Positions 37,252-47,497 of a stretch of 64,000 bases of DNA are shown here, one piece after another. The DNA is from Alphaproteobacteria bacterium (GTDB taxonomy: Bacteria; Pseudomonadota; Alphaproteobacteria; UBA7887). Position numbers and translations under genes: made by a program. Within the stretch, counting starts at the first letter, position 1. Every line of letters starts with the position of its first letter. The stretch spans positions 3,712,001-3,776,000 of the forward strand of contig CBDCGL010000011.1 of the NCBI GenBank assembly GCA_965216755.1, written 5' to 3'. Under the pieces are notes generated by a model that searched no databases, was not told the origin of the DNA, and saw only the letters and a program-made list of their open reading frames with translations.

Positions 37252-38184
37252 TCAATCGAAAAGACTTGAAACCGAGCTTTCCTCGCTGATCCGTCGCATC
37301 GCCTCGGCCAACAGCTGGGCGATCGACAAAACGCGAATATTGTTTGCCACGCGCACGGCCTCGGTTGCTTGGATCGTGTCTGTGATCACCAACTCGCTGA
37401 TCACCGACGCGCTAACCCGCGCCACGGCCCCGCCCGATAACACGCCATGGGCGACATAAGAGATTACCTTTGTCGCGCCCGCCTCGACCAATGCCTCGGC
37501 CGCGTTGCACAACGTGCCCGCGCTATCGACGATGTCATCTACCAGAATACAGCGCCGCCCTTCAACCTCACCGATGATGTTCATCACTTCGGAAACGCCG
37601 GCACGTTCGCGCCTCTTATCCACAATGGCCAAGCCGGCGTCAATCCGCTTTGCGATCGCGCGCGCGCGGACCACGCCGCCAACATCGGGCGAGACCACCA
37701 CCAGATCATTGCCGGCGTGGCGCGACTTGATGTCTGCGACCATTACCGGCGCGGCGAACAAATTGTCCACGGGGATATCGAAAAAGCCTTGGATTTGGCC
37801 CGCGTGCAGGTCCATGGTCAGCACCCGGTCGGCGCCCGCCACAGTGATCAGGTTGGCGACCAACTTCGCCGAGATCGGCGTCCGTGGTCCGGGTTTGCGG
37901 TCCTGCCGGGCATAGCCGAAATAAGGGATCACGGTGGTAATGCGTCGCGCCGACGCACGCTTCAAGGCATCAACCGTGACCAGCAGTTCCATCAGATTGT
38001 CGTTGGCGGGAAACGACGTTGACTGCACCAAGAACATGTCCTCGCCGCGGACATTTTCCAGAATCTCAACAAACACTTCTTGATCAGAGAAGCGCCGAAT
38101 GCCGGCATCGGTGAGCGGCATGTTGCAATAGGCCGCGACGGCTTCGGCCAACTGCCGATTGCTGTTTCCCGCGATGATCTTCAT
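37252..38184 (-). CDS. prs: Ribose-phosphate pyrophosphokinase
   Basis: [46 protein letters not shown]. Confidence 0.97.
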   Translation of the reverse strand: MKIIAGNSNRQLAEAVAAYCNMPLTDAGIRRFSDQEVFVEILENVRGEDMFLVQSTSFPANDNLMELLVTVDALKRASARRITTVIPYFGYARQDRKPGPRTPISAKLVANLITVAGADRVLTMDLHAGQIQGFFDIPVDNLFAAPVMVADIKSRHAGNDLVVVSPDVGGVVRARAIAKRIDAGLAIVDKRRERAGVSEVMNIIGEVEGRRCILVDDIVDSAGTLCNAAEALVEAGATKVISYVAHGVLSGGAVARVSASVISELVITDTIQATEAVRVANNIRVLSIAQLLAEAMRRISEESSVSSLFD

Positions 38185-38308
38185 GGCCGCCCGAATCCGA
38201 CGTTGAGTTGCGTCACGAAATACCGCACGCAGACAGCGCGGCCGGTGCGCCGCGCGCGGACTTTAACAGTGCTGTCACACAGTGTAAATCGACGGCGACA
38301 CGACGCGG

Positions 38309-39214
38309 TCACCGGGGCGCCGGACCGTTCGGCCGCGCGACGCGCTGTTGGTTCAGTGCGTCGAGTAGGTCGCGTAAACCATCGGCCGCGGCGATCGCAA
38401 TCGCGCCGGCGATTTCTCCCCATGGGCCGTCCAGGGTGCCCGCGGCGAGGCGGTTTTCTTGGCTGATCGATCCGAGCTCCTCACCGTCCGGCGCGATCAG
38501 CGACCAGTGGATGGCGACATCTTCATGGGCGCCGCGTGGTGTCATGTGAACAGTGCCCAGAATAACAAGCGTGTCGTCTTCGAGACCTTCGGCCAGCGCA
38601 ATGCCGTGCTGGTTGAGGGCCAAACGCAGCGCCTGTGTCAATGAACGGTTGCCGTCGCCCGGCGCGCCATCGACCGACATCACGGCAACCATTGGTGGCG
38701 CGCTGCGCGTGCCCGCCGATGGCGCCAAATCCTGCATCAAACTGGCGACCCGCGGGGCGGCGTGGCGCGCAATGATTCCGGCGAGTTGCGGATCGGCGCG
38801 TCGCCAATGGTCTGGCGCCACACTCTCGTCTTGCTCGAACAGGCCGACAACATCGCCGTCCGCATCGATCAATTGCCAACTGAGGCGAAGGCGGCCATCG
38901 GCCGTCGGATAGCGCGCCGTGCTGGTCAACAGATAGCTCGCGCGGTTGGCGGATAAGCGGCTGGCAGCGACGCCAACCGCGTGCAACGCCTCGGTCAAGG
39001 CATCTGCGGTGGCTGTACCCAGATCGCGCGGCATCTCGTCGGTCGCGGCGACGAAAATGCCGATCTTGTCCTCATAGGGCAAATTGGTGACGTCTTGCGT
39101 GGCCTTTGCGCTGGGCAGAAACGGCTTCGGCACCGGCTGGCACGCGGCCACGACGACGCACATCGCCGCCAACCACGTCGCCCGCCAGGGCCACGTCCAA
39201 CTACAACAGCGCAC
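38309..39214 (-). CDS. Conserved hypothetical lipoprotein
   Basis: Lipobox VAAC-QPVPKPF, GAPGDGN.SL..AL, LGSISQEN......LDGPWG. Start uncertain. Confidence 0.7.
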   Translation of the reverse strand: MRCCSWTWPWRATWLAAMCVVVAACQPVPKPFLPSAKATQDVTNLPYEDKIGIFVAATDEMPRDLGTATADALTEALHAVGVAASRLSANRASYLLTSTARYPTADGRLRLSWQLIDADGDVVGLFEQDESVAPDHWRRADPQLAGIIARHAAPRVASLMQDLAPSAGTRSAPPMVAVMSVDGAPGDGNRSLTQALRLALNQHGIALAEGLEDDTLVILGTVHMTPRGAHEDVAIHWSLIAPDGEELGSISQENRLAAGTLDGPWGEIAGAIAIAAADGLRDLLDALNQQRVARPNGPAPR

Positions 39215-39282
39215 AGCTGGCCAACATGCCCAGTAGACAGAAGATCGCGGACAAGACCATATGGGGCATCGTGTCGCCCGGA

Positions 39283-40041
39283 TCAGGGGGTCAAGGCAAC
39301 CACGGACAGCGCACGTCCATAGCCCGCTTCACACCGATGAACGCTGCGACGGTAGCTGAAAAACAGGTCGGCATTCGCATAGGTATCGGCGGTGCATTCA
39401 TCCACTTCTGCCAATCCCGACCGGCGCAAACGCTGCGCCACATAGCCGGGCAAATCGAACTGATGGTAACCCGCCTGGGCGGAGGGTGCAAAAAACCCGG
39501 CATTGGCCGGGTCTTGATTGACAAACGCGGCGGGAAAGTCGGGGCCAACCTGGTACGAGTCCTGATTGATCGTTGGCCCAATCGCGGCGCGAATTTCGGG
39601 CTTCGCCGAACCCAGTGCAACCATGGCGTCAATAGTCGCTTCTAAGATGCCAGCGATGGCGCCGCGCCATCCCGCGTGGGCCGCGCCGACCACCCCGGGG
39701 GCGACAAACAAGACCGGTGCGCAGTCCGCGGTTAATACGCCCAGGGCGATGCCCGGCACGTCGGTGACCATGGCGTCGGCTTCGGGCGCCGCCATCGGCG
39801 CCCAGGGCGATTGCACCGGCACCACGGTTGCGCTGTGGATCTGAAAACAGGTCACCAAGCCGCCTTGTTCGGGCAAAATCTGGTGCAAGACGCGCGACCT
39901 GTTTTCATGCACCGCGTCGAGATCGTCGCCGGAGCCGAGGCCGCAATTGAGACTTTGGTACACACCCCTGGAAACGCCGCCTTGGCGCGTAAAAAAACCG
40001 TGCCGACAGTGGGCGGCGGTCAAAATCTCGCTGGTTAGCAT
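39283..40041 (-). CDS. pgeF: Peptidoglycan editing factor / purine nucleoside phosphorylase YfiH
   Basis: HGFFTRQGGVS, SLNCG, QIHS, ADAMVT, TADCAPVL, AHAGWRG, FFSYRR. Confidence 0.92.
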   Translation of the reverse strand: MLTSEILTAAHCRHGFFTRQGGVSRGVYQSLNCGLGSGDDLDAVHENRSRVLHQILPEQGGLVTCFQIHSATVVPVQSPWAPMAAPEADAMVTDVPGIALGVLTADCAPVLFVAPGVVGAAHAGWRGAIAGILEATIDAMVALGSAKPEIRAAIGPTINQDSYQVGPDFPAAFVNQDPANAGFFAPSAQAGYHQFDLPGYVAQRLRRSGLAEVDECTADTYANADLFFSYRRSVHRCEAGYGRALSVVALTP

Positions 40042-41147
40042 GGCGTGTTTGCTCCGCTTTCAAAGCCGGCCGGGGTCGCCAAATCTGGGCTGGTGATTGC
40101 CAATGCCTGAAAAAGCGCACCCATTTGATCGGGTGCGGTCAGACGGTGCACGGCCTGGTCGATGGCTGAGCGCTGGCCTGCGCTGGCGCGCTGGCGCAAC
40201 ATGGCGGCACGGGTTTCAAGTCCGAGGGCTGTCAAAATTACGGATTGGCTGACCGGTCCGTGACACCGGGCGCCGCTGGCGCGCGCCGCTGTGGCCAGGC
40301 CACCAAAATCGACTGCCGCGGCGATATCGCTGCACCCGACGGCCTCGAACGGGTCGACCGATTGATGATTGCGCACCGCTTGAACCGTCGCTCCGTGATG
40401 GTCGGCGCGGACAAAGTCGATGATCAGCGCCGCGCCGGCATCGCGGGTCAGCCGCGCGCCAATTTCAGCCGATAAGGTCGCGCCCGCGGCGGAAATCTCT
40501 TGGATTTGTCCGGGTTTTGCCGCCGACCAGCGCTTTGTCGCCAAGGCGCATGCGGGGGTCGGCGCGGTTGCGGTGACGACGGCGAACCGCGCCCGGTCAT
40601 GATCCCAGCTGACCAAGCGCTCGCGCCAGCCGGCCTCGGTCATGACAAATTGGTGCACCGGCAGCGCGTCAAAGAATTCGTTTGCGATCAATAGGAAAGC
40701 ACCGGTCGGGACGGCCGTCAGTCGGCCATGCCAGGACACTGGTGGGAAATTCGCGCTGGCGGATACCGCACTTTCTTGGCGGGCGCGCAGGGATGGGCTG
40801 GTCTCCACAAAATGGATGTGCAGCGCCTCGCGAAAATCTGGCACAGTCGCTGCGGCACGGATCAGGTCGACCATCAGCGTGCCGCGACCGGGGCCCAACT
40901 CGATCAAATTGACCGGCAACGGGCGGCCCATGGCCTGCCAAGTTTGGGCACACCACAAACCGATCAGCTCGCCAAACATCTGACTGATTTCTGGCGCCGT
41001 GATGAAATCGCCGCTGACGCCAAATGGGTCGCGGGTTGCGTAATAGCCATAATCGGGGGCGCTTAAGGCTTCGGCCATGAACTGGGCCATGGGGATCGGA
41101 CCGCCGATCTCGATCAGACGCGCCAAGCGGGCGGTCAGTGGTGTCAT
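40035..41147 (-). CDS. NDUFAF7/MidA-family SAM-dependent methyltransferase
   Basis: GYY...PFG..GDFITAPEISQMFGE, ELGPGRGTL, ANEFFDALP. Confidence 0.92.
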   Translation of the reverse strand: MTPLTARLARLIEIGGPIPMAQFMAEALSAPDYGYYATRDPFGVSGDFITAPEISQMFGELIGLWCAQTWQAMGRPLPVNLIELGPGRGTLMVDLIRAAATVPDFREALHIHFVETSPSLRARQESAVSASANFPPVSWHGRLTAVPTGAFLLIANEFFDALPVHQFVMTEAGWRERLVSWDHDRARFAVVTATAPTPACALATKRWSAAKPGQIQEISAAGATLSAEIGARLTRDAGAALIIDFVRADHHGATVQAVRNHQSVDPFEAVGCSDIAAAVDFGGLATAARASGARCHGPVSQSVILTALGLETRAAMLRQRASAGQRSAIDQAVHRLTAPDQMGALFQALAITSPDLATPAGFESGANTPC

Positions 41148-41938
41148 GGTGACGCGCGGGCGCGCCAGATCAGCCACAAACCAGCCAACAGCATCGGCAG
41201 CGATAGCAGCTGGCCCATGGTGATGCCGCCGGCTAGAAAACCGATATGCGCGTCGGGCTGCCGAAATAGCTCACCGATCATACGTGCCAGCGCATAGCCC
41301 GCCAGGAACACCCCGGTCAACAGCCCGCGTCGACCGGCGAGGGCCGCGTTATGCGCCAACCAAGCCAAAACCACAAACAGCAACGCGCCCTCTAATGCCG
41401 CCTGATAGAGCTGGCTGGGGTGGCGCGGTTCTGGCCCGGCCATCGGAAACACCATGGCCCATGGCACATCGCCGGCACGGCCAAATAGTTCGCCATTGAT
41501 GAAATTCGACAGGCGACCAAAGAACAAGCCGATCGGCACGGCGGCGGCAACCGGATCGGAGACTTCAAAAACCGACACCTTTTGTCGCCGGGCAAATACC
41601 ACCATGGCAATAATCACGCCGATCAGGCCACCGTGGAACGACATGCCGCCTTGCCATATCGCCAACGCTTCCAACGGATTGGCGAGATAGTGACCGAGCC
41701 GATAAAACAACACATAACCGAGTCGCCCGCCCAACACGACGCCCAAGGTTGCCCACAGGAGCAAATCATCGATGGCGACCCCGCCGAGGCGGGTGACGCC
41801 GCGCCGCGACAAGTAGTGAACGTAGCGCCAGCCGAGCAACAAGCTCACCACATAGGCGAGCGCATACCAGCGAATCGCCAACGGGCCGATCTGAATGGCG
41901 ATCGGATCGAAGCCGGGAAAGACCAAAGGATCGTTCAT
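41144..41938 (-). CDS. lgt: Prolipoprotein diacylglyceryl transferase
   Basis: IRWYALAY, GGRLGYVLFY, GGMSFHGG, GRLSNFINGEL, HPSQLY. Confidence 0.96.
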   Translation of the reverse strand: MNDPLVFPGFDPIAIQIGPLAIRWYALAYVVSLLLGWRYVHYLSRRGVTRLGGVAIDDLLLWATLGVVLGGRLGYVLFYRLGHYLANPLEALAIWQGGMSFHGGLIGVIIAMVVFARRQKVSVFEVSDPVAAAVPIGLFFGRLSNFINGELFGRAGDVPWAMVFPMAGPEPRHPSQLYQAALEGALLFVVLAWLAHNAALAGRRGLLTGVFLAGYALARMIGELFRQPDAHIGFLAGGITMGQLLSLPMLLAGLWLIWRARASP

Positions 41939-41941
41939 CGG

Positions 41942-42946
41942 CTACCGGTAGGGGTCATCGGTGGCCAAATAATCACCGACATATTTGGCGACACCGTCTT
42001 CAAGGCTGGTAAAGGGGCGTGCATAGCCGGCGGCCCGCAGGCGCTTCAGGCTTGCTTCCGTAAAATATTGATAATGTTCTCGAATCTGTTCGGGCATGGG
42101 GATATAGGCGATTTGGGACGGCTGTCCGATGGCAGCTGACAAAGCGCGCGCCAGGTCGTTGAAGCTGCGCGCCGCGCCCGTGCCGACGTTAAACAATCCG
42201 GACACATCAGGGTGTTCGTACAGCCACAGCATGACGTCGACGCAATCGTCCACATAGACAAAGTCGCGCTGCTGGGCGCCGTCATTGACGCCATCCCGAT
42301 ATGATTTGAACAATGTGATCGGCTGGCCGTCGCGGGCCAGTGGGAACTTGTGCGCGACGACGCTTTTCATCTGGCCTTTGTGGTATTCGTTCGGGCCGTA
42401 AACGTTGAAGAATTTCAGCCCCGCCCATTGTGGCGGCCGGGTGTTTTCATGCATCGCCCAACGGGCCGCCTGCTGGTCGAACGCATGCTTGGTCCAGCCA
42501 TAGGGGTTGCGCGGCCGCAACCGCGCCAATGCGGCCGGCGACCCATTATCGTCGAAGCCGCGGCCGCCGTCGCCATAGGTCGCGGCACTGGATGCGTAGA
42601 TCAGGCGGACGCCGAACTCCGTGCATATGCGCCACAAGGCGACGCTGGCAGCGAAGTTTTGGCCGACAACAAGATCAACGTCGGTTTCAGTGGTGGCCGA
42701 GTTGGCACCTAAATGAAATACCGCCGACAGTCGGCCCCAGCGACTATCGGCGCGGACATGCTCGCGCAAATACGAAATGACGCCATCCGGTGGGACAATA
42801 TCGGCAATTGCATGTTTGGCGACATTTCGCCATTTGTCGCTGCGACCGAAGTTATCGCAGACGACCACCGGTTCGTCCGCCCGCGCACACAGCGCCGCGA
42901 CCAGGTTGGAACCAATAAATCCGGCTCCGCCGGTGACCAATATCAT
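41942..42946 (-). CDS. rfaD: ADP-L-glycero-D-manno-heptose 6-epimerase
   Basis: VTGGAGFIGSN, HLGA.S.TTE, YASSAATYG, YGWTK, LKFFNVYGPNE.HKG.M.S, YQYFTEA. Confidence 0.93.
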   Translation of the reverse strand: MILVTGGAGFIGSNLVAALCARADEPVVVCDNFGRSDKWRNVAKHAIADIVPPDGVISYLREHVRADSRWGRLSAVFHLGANSATTETDVDLVVGQNFAASVALWRICTEFGVRLIYASSAATYGDGGRGFDDNGSPAALARLRPRNPYGWTKHAFDQQAARWAMHENTRPPQWAGLKFFNVYGPNEYHKGQMKSVVAHKFPLARDGQPITLFKSYRDGVNDGAQQRDFVYVDDCVDVMLWLYEHPDVSGLFNVGTGAARSFNDLARALSAAIGQPSQIAYIPMPEQIREHYQYFTEASLKRLRAAGYARPFTSLEDGVAKYVGDYLATDDPYR

Positions 42947-43100
42947 GGTCAGGGGTATAAAGCGGTGTCCCAACCGCGGCAAGCAATTGCGCCGAAGTGT
43001 GCCGATCACCACCTATGGGGGAAGTTACCCCGAGGCAGAGCCAGGTGCCTCCGAGAACATGCTAACGCGCGCGGATGCGCGCCAAACGAGGCCGGGAAAG

Positions 43101-43418
43101 ATGGATCGAGACAATCGTTTTTTTGATGACTTCGCCAAAGTCGCAGAGGGAGCCATGTCGTCTTTATCGGCCCTGCGCGATGAGGCCGAAGTACGGATGC
43201 GCGGCCAAGTTGAGCGCTTCTTGGAAGGCATGGACATGGTGCGGCGCGATGAATTTGAGGCGGTCCGCGAAATGGCGGTCAAGGCGCGGGCAGAGAACGA
43301 GGCGCTGTCGGGCCGTATTGCCGCGCTTGAAACCGCGCTGCGCGCGGCGGGCGCTAGCGAATCGGACTCAGGCGAAGGATCGCGGGCGTCACCTGATAGC
43401 TCGTCGCACAACGGCTAG
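43101..43418 (+). CDS. ubiK: UbiK-family accessory factor
   Basis: FFDDFAK, MDMVRRDEFEAVREMA.KARAENE.L..RIAALE. Confidence 0.8.
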   Translation: MDRDNRFFDDFAKVAEGAMSSLSALRDEAEVRMRGQVERFLEGMDMVRRDEFEAVREMAVKARAENEALSGRIAALETALRAAGASESDSGEGSRASPDSSSHNG

Positions 43419-43648
43419 CGGCCTTGCCAAAGAGCGGCATCGGTGGCGAAAAACCGTGCCATTTCTGCCAGATGCGAGGGCATCGCGGGTCATTCGGATT
43501 GACGCGGATCGTGTCATTTCCTTTTCGGACACTACAGCGTATTGTGTGCCAGCTGTCGTGCGAATACTAAATCCATGGTTTGAGCAAGCCATGCGACGAA
43601 TGCCGAAAGGGGCGGCCGAGGACTTCAGCGCCGCAGGAGGATAAGAGC

Positions 43649-44152
43649 ATGGCAACCACAATGACAAGCACCGAAACGACGTCGTTCAACCCGATCGATG
43701 TCATAGAAGAAATTGCCGCGCACAACGATTGGGCGCACGAACGGCAAAGCGATGAAGAACTGGCGTTGCGTGTCACAGGCGCGTGGTGCGAGTACCATCT
43801 TTGGTTCGTCTGGCGTTCGGAAATCGGTGCGCTCTATTTCTCATGTGGGCTGGACATGCGGGTGCCCAAGGAGCGGCGCGAGGCTCTTTACCCCTTGCTG
43901 GCGAAGCTCAATGAACGACTTTGGCTCGGTCATTTTGAGATCTGGTCCGATGAAGGATGGCCAACCTTTCGCCATACAATCTTGGTGCGCGACGTCCACT
44001 CGGTGACGATTCGAATTGTCGAGGATCTGATCGACTGCGGGTTGGCTGAATGCGAACGCTTTTACCCGGCATTTCAGTTTGTCATTTGGGGTGGGCGGAG
44101 CGCCGATGAGGCGATCGAAGCCGCGCTACTGGATACGGTCGGCGAGGCATAG
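43649..44152 (+). CDS. YbjN-domain protein (putative sensory transduction regulator)
   Basis: NPIDVIE, G.WCEY, NERLWLGHFEIW, CERFYPAFQFVIWGG, T.GEA. AGGAGG RBS. Confidence 0.85.
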   Translation: MATTMTSTETTSFNPIDVIEEIAAHNDWAHERQSDEELALRVTGAWCEYHLWFVWRSEIGALYFSCGLDMRVPKERREALYPLLAKLNERLWLGHFEIWSDEGWPTFRHTILVRDVHSVTIRIVEDLIDCGLAECERFYPAFQFVIWGGRSADEAIEAALLDTVGEA

Positions 44153-44156
44153 AATC

Positions 44157-44978
44157 ATGGCCGTGAATGTCTTGCTGGTTGGCGGCGGCCGCATGGGCAG
44201 CGCTATGCTTGCAGGGTGGCTGTCGCGCGGCATTGTCGGCGCCAATTCGATCATCGTGGTGGAACCACAATCAGATGCGGCGGCGGCGTTGCGTTCGCGG
44301 CAGGCTGTTGTGGTGGTCAATGGCGCGGCCGACGTGGCGGAAGATTTCGACCCGGCAATCGTCGTTTTCGCCGTCAAGCCGCAAGTCATGGCGACCGTGG
44401 TGCCTGACTATCGGGACTGGGTCCGGCCGTCGCGCGTTTTTCTGTCGATCGCCGCCGGAATAACCATCGACTTTCTACAGCAGCGGCTGGCCACCAATGC
44501 CGCGATCGTGCGCAGCATGCCAAACACACCGGCTGCGGTCGGTCGTGGCATCTCGGTCGCATGCCCCAATGGCGCGGTCCGTGCCGACCAGCGGGCCTTG
44601 TGCCAGCAACTTCTGGAATCGGTCGGTGAGGCAGCTTGGTTGGATAACGAGGCGGATCTAGATGCGGTGACCGCCGTATCCGGCAGCGGCCCCGCGTACG
44701 TATTCTTGCTCATTGAGTGCTTAGCTGAGGCTGGCGTTGCGGCGGGCCTGGCACCGGACCTTGCGGCGCGGCTGGCACGCGCTACGGTGATCGGATCTGG
44801 CGAACTGGCGCATCAATCCGAGCTATCGGCGGCGCAGTTGCGCGAGAATGTCACCAGTCCGGGCGGCACCACAGCCGCCGCACTCGAGACTTTGATGGCA
44901 AAAGACGGACTGGCACCGCTCATGGTGCGTGCGGTGAAAGCGGCGGCGGCGCGCAGCCGCGAGCTGGCGGCCGGATGA
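44157..44978 (+). CDS. proC: Pyrroline-5-carboxylate reductase
   Basis: GGGRMG, AVKPQ, SIAAG, RSMPNTPA, TAVSGSGPAY, VTSPGGTT. Confidence 0.96.
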   Translation: MAVNVLLVGGGRMGSAMLAGWLSRGIVGANSIIVVEPQSDAAAALRSRQAVVVVNGAADVAEDFDPAIVVFAVKPQVMATVVPDYRDWVRPSRVFLSIAAGITIDFLQQRLATNAAIVRSMPNTPAAVGRGISVACPNGAVRADQRALCQQLLESVGEAAWLDNEADLDAVTAVSGSGPAYVFLLIECLAEAGVAAGLAPDLAARLARATVIGSGELAHQSELSAAQLRENVTSPGGTTAAALETLMAKDGLAPLMVRAVKAAAARSRELAAG

Positions 44979-45027
44979 CCACCGCTTGTCCCTGGCTTGT
45001 GGCGCGGTCCTATGATTCGAAATGGAT

Positions 45028-45894
45028 TTAGATGGCCGCGCGACCAGTGACTTGCGGCACCGCCAAAGCGCGCATCTTGTCCATTGCGCGCGCTTCAATC
45101 TGTCGCACCCGTTCCTTGGAAATGCCGAGTTCACGCCCCAGGCTTTCCAATGTTTGCGAGACGTCCGATAAATAGCGTCGACGAATGATCAACAATTCGC
45201 GGTGCGACAGCGCGGCCAAGGCAGCAGCCGCGGCGCCACGCCGCCGGCGCCGCTCGTCACGCCAAATCAGGCTTTCTTCGGGATTGGCAAGGTCGGTGTG
45301 GGGAGTCGACATCGCACCGCCATCACATTCGGCGTCGCCGGAATCGTCCGCGCCGTTGCGATTACTCAAACTGCCGTCCGGTCCGGCCAGGCGTTGCTCC
45401 ATGCTGCGCACCTCTTTTTCCGGTACGCTGAGCACGCGCGCGATGTGGGCCACCGCCGCATCACTCATCGATTCTCCGGTTTCATTGAGCGCGCTACGCA
45501 ACCGGCGCAAATTGAAGAACAAGGATTTCTGTGCCGCACTGGTCCCGATGCGCACCAGAGACCAGGATCGCATCACATGATCTTGAATTGCTGCTTTGAT
45601 CCACCACATCGCATAGGTCGAAAGGCGTGCGTCGCGATCTGGGTTAAAGCGTTGTAATGCTTGCAGAAGTCCGACGCAGCCCTCTTGCACGAGGTCGGGC
45701 ATGGTCAGGCCCGCGCTTTGGTAACGCTCGGCGATTTTGATCACCAGGCGCAGATGGCTGACCACGAGCCGCGACAGCGCCTCCTTGTCGCCCGAATGGG
45801 CCAAGCGGGCCAAATCGCGCTCTTCGTCGCGCGACAACATCGGTTGTCGTACGGCAAAGCGACGGAACGCACTATCTGAGCCGAGAATGTGCAT
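45028..45894 (-). CDS. rpoH: RNA polymerase sigma-32 family factor (RpoH2-like)
   Basis: SHLRLV, DLVQEG..GL, RLSTYAMWWI, RpoH box QKSLFFNLRR, LGISKERVRQIE. Confidence 0.85.
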   Translation of the reverse strand: MHILGSDSAFRRFAVRQPMLSRDEERDLARLAHSGDKEALSRLVVSHLRLVIKIAERYQSAGLTMPDLVQEGCVGLLQALQRFNPDRDARLSTYAMWWIKAAIQDHVMRSWSLVRIGTSAAQKSLFFNLRRLRSALNETGESMSDAAVAHIARVLSVPEKEVRSMEQRLAGPDGSLSNRNGADDSGDAECDGGAMSTPHTDLANPEESLIWRDERRRRRGAAAAALAALSHRELLIIRRRYLSDVSQTLESLGRELGISKERVRQIEARAMDKMRALAVPQVTGRAAI

Positions 45895-45995
45895 GGTCTA
45901 AAAAACGGTTGTGTCGTCATCAAGCATCGTATCACGATAGCATTGCAGGCGAAGCCGACCTGTCAATGCCGGCGTTGGCCGGGGACGGAGGAACT

Positions 45996-46628
45996 ATGGT
46001 ACGCAAAGCCGATTTGCCCGATCATATTATTGACAAAGCACTAGAATTGGCGGCGCGCGACGGTTGGGGGGGGCTTCGATTGAGCGTGCTCGCCGACGCT
46101 GCGGGAGTCTCTGTGGCGGATGTCTGGCAGACCTATTCATCGAAGTCCGATATTCTGGCCGCCTATGCGGCGCGCCTGGACCAAACGACGCTTGCAGCGG
46201 CGCCCAAGGATCTTGCCGAGCAGCCTGTTCGTGATCGCTTGTTTGATCTGATCATGCGCCGACTCGATGCCATGGCTGAACACAAAGAGGCCGTGCGCAG
46301 CATCGCGCGCGATGTACCGCGCGACCCGATTGGCCTCTGTTGCGCCAGCAAAACATTAGGCCGCTCAATGCGGGCGTTGTTGGCTGGTGCCGGTCTGGCC
46401 TCTGATGGCGTTGCCGGCATGGTGCAGGCCAAAGGCTTGGCGGCAATATATGTTGGGACGCTGCGGGTTTGGATGGGTGATGACAGCGAGGACTCATCGC
46501 GGACCATGGCCGCGCTCGACAAAAGGCTGCGGCGTGCCGACCAAGTCATGGCCGTATTGTGCCGGATTGGTCGCCGGCGGTCCTCGGCCGCGCCCGCCGA
46601 CGCGGAAGAGGCGCCGCAAGCGGGGTAG
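45996..46628 (+). CDS. TetR-family transcriptional regulator
   Basis: N-terminal HTH (ALELAA..GW......LADAAGVS), RDRLFDLIMRRLD, W..DDSED..RTMAALDK.L. Confidence 0.85.
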   Translation: MVRKADLPDHIIDKALELAARDGWGGLRLSVLADAAGVSVADVWQTYSSKSDILAAYAARLDQTTLAAAPKDLAEQPVRDRLFDLIMRRLDAMAEHKEAVRSIARDVPRDPIGLCCASKTLGRSMRALLAGAGLASDGVAGMVQAKGLAAIYVGTLRVWMGDDSEDSSRTMAALDKRLRRADQVMAVLCRIGRRRSSAAPADAEEAPQAG

Positions 46629-46684
46629 CGCGGCGTCGGTCATTGCCCATGGCCGACGGCAGAATTTACGTGGAGGAGTAGGAT

Positions 46685-47107
46685 GTGACCGAATCACCTT
46701 TTGACCCGTCAAATTTCGATTTTAGCAAGATGTTCGGCGAAATGGCGTGGCCGAAGCTTGACCCACAGATGTTTGTCAGCGCACAGCGCCGCGCCGTGGA
46801 AGGCATGATCGAGGCCGGCCAACAGATGACCGGCGGTTACGGCAATGTGGCGTTGCGCCAGGTCGATATGCTCAACGCTGTGCTTGGCGCGCTCAAGGAC
46901 GCGCAGGCGGCGATGACAAGCAGTGTCACGCCCCAAGAGGCCGCCGCCAAGCAGATGGAATTGTCGACACAAGCCTTTCAGGAAGCCTTGACGAATATGA
47001 CCGCGCTGGCACAGCAGACGGGTGAGGTCAATCGGCAAGCTGTGGAAACCATTCAGCAACGCTTGCTGGAAAGCCTGGAAGAACTGTCGCAGAGCGGCGG
47101 TACGTAG
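46685..47107 (+). CDS. Phasin-family protein
   Basis: FDFSKMF, AQRRAVE, RQ, helical Ala/Gln-rich sequence, R..ESLEE. GGAGGAG RBS. Confidence 0.75.
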   Translation: MTESPFDPSNFDFSKMFGEMAWPKLDPQMFVSAQRRAVEGMIEAGQQMTGGYGNVALRQVDMLNAVLGALKDAQAAMTSSVTPQEAAAKQMELSTQAFQEALTNMTALAQQTGEVNRQAVETIQQRLLESLEELSQSGGT

Positions 47108-47281
47108 CCGCGACCAGGAGAGCCGCCGGAACATGGTGGTCGATCGTATTGAGTGCGACGGCCACGTGCGACCTGCGGTGCGGCCCATCCGGTTAAGAAT
47201 TTGGCAGCGCCCGTCGGCGAAAGTGCCGTCATGGCGTGTAAACCCGTTTCAGATGGCGGTCTCGGCACCGATACGTTGTTG

Positions 47282-47491
47282 ATGTGCCCGCAGTTTGCCG
47301 CGGATGCGATCGGGCTTTTGCAAACGGTTCTGGGAGAAGATCTCAGCGCCGTGTTTCGCGCCCAGCCGATGGCGTTCGAGGCGATCGGGTTCTTGGTCCT
47401 GGCGGTTTTGTTCGGCGGCATGATGGCTTGCACCATCGGTGATGGCGGCGACGGCGGATTTGACGGCGGCGGTTGCGATGGCGGTGATTAA
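47282..47491 (+). CDS. Possible small membrane protein with Gly/Asp-rich tail
   Basis: One hydrophobic segment followed by GDGGDGGFDGGGCDGGD. Start uncertain. Confidence 0.3.
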   Translation: MCPQFAADAIGLLQTVLGEDLSAVFRAQPMAFEAIGFLVLAVLFGGMMACTIGDGGDGGFDGGGCDGGD

Positions 47492-47497
47492 TATGCT

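Noticed and set aside
41942-42946. rfaD as a horizontally acquired LPS island
   Set aside because: Host-like composition, 3 nt from lgt, and no other LPS or mobility genes nearby.
43530-43580. Tandem NrdR-box-like sequences upstream of the YbjN-domain gene
   Set aside because: Several mismatches to the palindromic consensus and no nrd genes adjacent.
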